NCBI GenBank assembly: GCA_038087875.1
Contig: CM075982.1
Coordinates: forward strand, 25,358,001 to 25,422,000
Length of the DNA stretch: 64,000 nucleotides
Source of the DNA: Malacoraja senta
Taxonomy: Eukaryota
Direction: 5' to 3'
Shown here piece by piece: positions 62,175 through 64,000 of the stretch; position 1 is the stretch's first letter, and every line of letters starts with the position of its first letter. The notes under the pieces are model-generated. The model saw only the letters and a list, made by a program, of their open reading frames with translations, ran no database searches and was not told the DNA's origin. The position numbers and the translations under genes are program-made.

Positions 62175-64000
62175 TATAGGAGTAAACTGAAAAAGGAGAT
62201 CAGATGGGCAAAAAGGGGCCAGGAGATAGCTCTGGTGAGTAGCATTAAGGACAAACCCAAAATAGTTTATAAATACAGAAGGGGGAAAGGGGTAACTAGA
62301 GAGAGAGTGGGACCTCTCAGGAATCAAAGCGGTCACCTCTGTGTGGAGCCACAGGAGATGGGCAAGGTCCTCAATGAGTATTTCTCCTCTGTATTTACCG
62401 AGAAGATATAGCCAGTAGGACGGAGGAACTTGGGGCAGTCAATGGAAGTGTCTTGAGAGTAGTCAGTGTTACTGTCGAAGAAGTACTGAAGGTACTGACA
62501 TGTATGAAAGTAGACAAATCTCCAGGACCTGATCAGATACTGTATATCTGAGGACATTGTGGGAAACTAGAGAGGAAATTGCGGGAGCCCTGGATGAAAT
62601 TTACGAGTCGTCCTTAAATACAGGAGAGGTGCCAGAAGACTGGTGGCAAATGTTGTGCCTCTGTTCAAGAAGGGCTGCAGGGAAAATGCTGGGAACTATA
62701 GTCCGGTGAGCTTAACATCTGTAGTTGGAAAGTTGCTAGAGAGTATTCTGAGGGATAGGTTATACAGGCATTTGGATGGGCAAGGTCCGATTAGGGATAG
62801 TAAGCATGGTTTTGTATGTGGCAGGTCGTGTCTCACAAATCTGATTGATTTTTTTGAAGACGTGATCAAAAAGGTCGATGAGGACAGAGCTGTCGATGTT
62901 GTGTACATGGATTTCAGTAAGGCATTCAACAAGGTTCCGCATGGTAGACTGCTCTGGAAGGTTAGATTGCATGGGATCCAAGGATAGATAGCTGAATGGA
63001 TAGCAAATTGGCTCCATGGAAGGAAGCAGAAGGTGATGGTGGAAGGTTGCTTCTCGGACTGGCGGCCTGTGACTAGTGGTGTGCCTCAGGGTTCGGTGCT
63101 GGGCCCGTTACTGTTTGTCATCTACATCAATGATTTGGATGAGAACATACAGGGCAAGATTGGCATGTTTGCTGATGATACAAAAGTGAGTGGTTTTGCA
63201 GATTGTGAAAATGGTTGTGAAAGATTGCAGCAGGATCTGGATCGATTGGCCGGGTGGGCAGAGGAATGGTTGATGGAATTTAACACAGGAAAATGTGAGG
63301 TGTTGCATTTTGGGACGTCGAACAAGGGCAGGACCTACACAGTAAATGGTAGGCCTCTAGGTAGTGTTGTGGAGCAGAGGGAACTAGGAATACAGGTGCA
63401 TTGTTCCTTGAAGGTCGAGTCGCAGGTAGATAAGGTGGTCAAAAAGGCTTTTGGTATTTTGGCCATCATGAGTCAGAGTATTGAGTATAGAAGTTGGGAG
63501 GTCATGTTGCAGTTGTATAAGATGTTGGTGAGACCGTATTTAGAATATTTTGTTCAGTTCTGGACTCCATGTTATAGTAAAGATATTGTAGCTTGAAAGG
63601 GTTCAGAAAAGATTTACGAGGATGTTGCCAGCACCAGATGGTGTGAGCTGTAGGGAGAGGTTTAGGCCGGGTCTCTATTCCATGGAGCACAGGAGGATGA
63701 GGGGGAATCTTATGGAGGTGTACAAAATCATGAGAGGAATAGATTGGGGTAGATGCACAGTCTCTTATCCAGAATAGGGGAATCGAGAACCAGAGCACAA
63801 AGGTTCAAGGTGAAGGGGAGAAGATTTAACAGGAATCTGGGGTAACTTTTTCCACACAAAGGGTGGTGGGTGTATGGAACAAGCTGCCAGAGGAGGTAGT
63901 CGAGGCTGGGACTATCCCATTGTTTAAGAGACAGTTAGACAGATACATGGATAAGACAGGTTTGGAGGGATATGGACCAGGCACAGGCAAGTGAGACTAG
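62175..64000 (+). mobile_element. CR1 LINE, 5'-truncated, disrupted ORF2 reverse transcriptase, in a TRIM37 intron
   Basis: ORFs 62643-62987 and 63033-63596 contain ANVVPLFKKG, NYSPVSLTS, YMDFSKAF, GVPQGSVLGPLLF and FADD. Stops and frameshifts present. Confidence 0.95.

Overview
Vertebrate genomic DNA. The repeat content (HE1-type V-SINEs, Deu/SacSINE1-like SINEs, CR1 LINEs) points to a cartilaginous fish, probably a skate or ray; that assignment is inference. The window holds two convergent genes. PPM1E (PP2C-family phosphatase, + strand) contributes six coding exons: 19444-19565, 30257-30456, 32510-32698, 33674-33817, 37214-37307 and 38641-39644. All splice GT-AG and join in frame to 583 aa; exon 1 lies upstream of the window. 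TRIM37 (- strand) contributes its 3' end: exons 61145-61260 and 58948-59091, plus candidate terminal exons. The rest is mostly nested transposons: CR1, Tx1/L1, Rex1/Babar, RTE, SINEs, two PIF/Harbinger-type MITEs, one hAT MITE and one Helitron. The most notable signal is about 20 copies of a short Penelope-like (PLE) repeat carrying a minimal type-I hammerhead ribozyme motif, CUGANGA-N-GGGU-n4-ACCC-GAAAC-GUC. Two cores are intact. In about nine copies the element edge falls within about 7 nt of the start of the core. Several copies have 8-15 bp TSDs, several are foldback pairs, and one is a 290-nt tandem two-ribozyme mini-element. A dense CACGTG E-box cluster in an intronic CpG-rich patch also stands out. 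Gene and repeat family names come from motif recognition and recall, not database searches. Repeat boundaries without TSD or TIR support are approximate.
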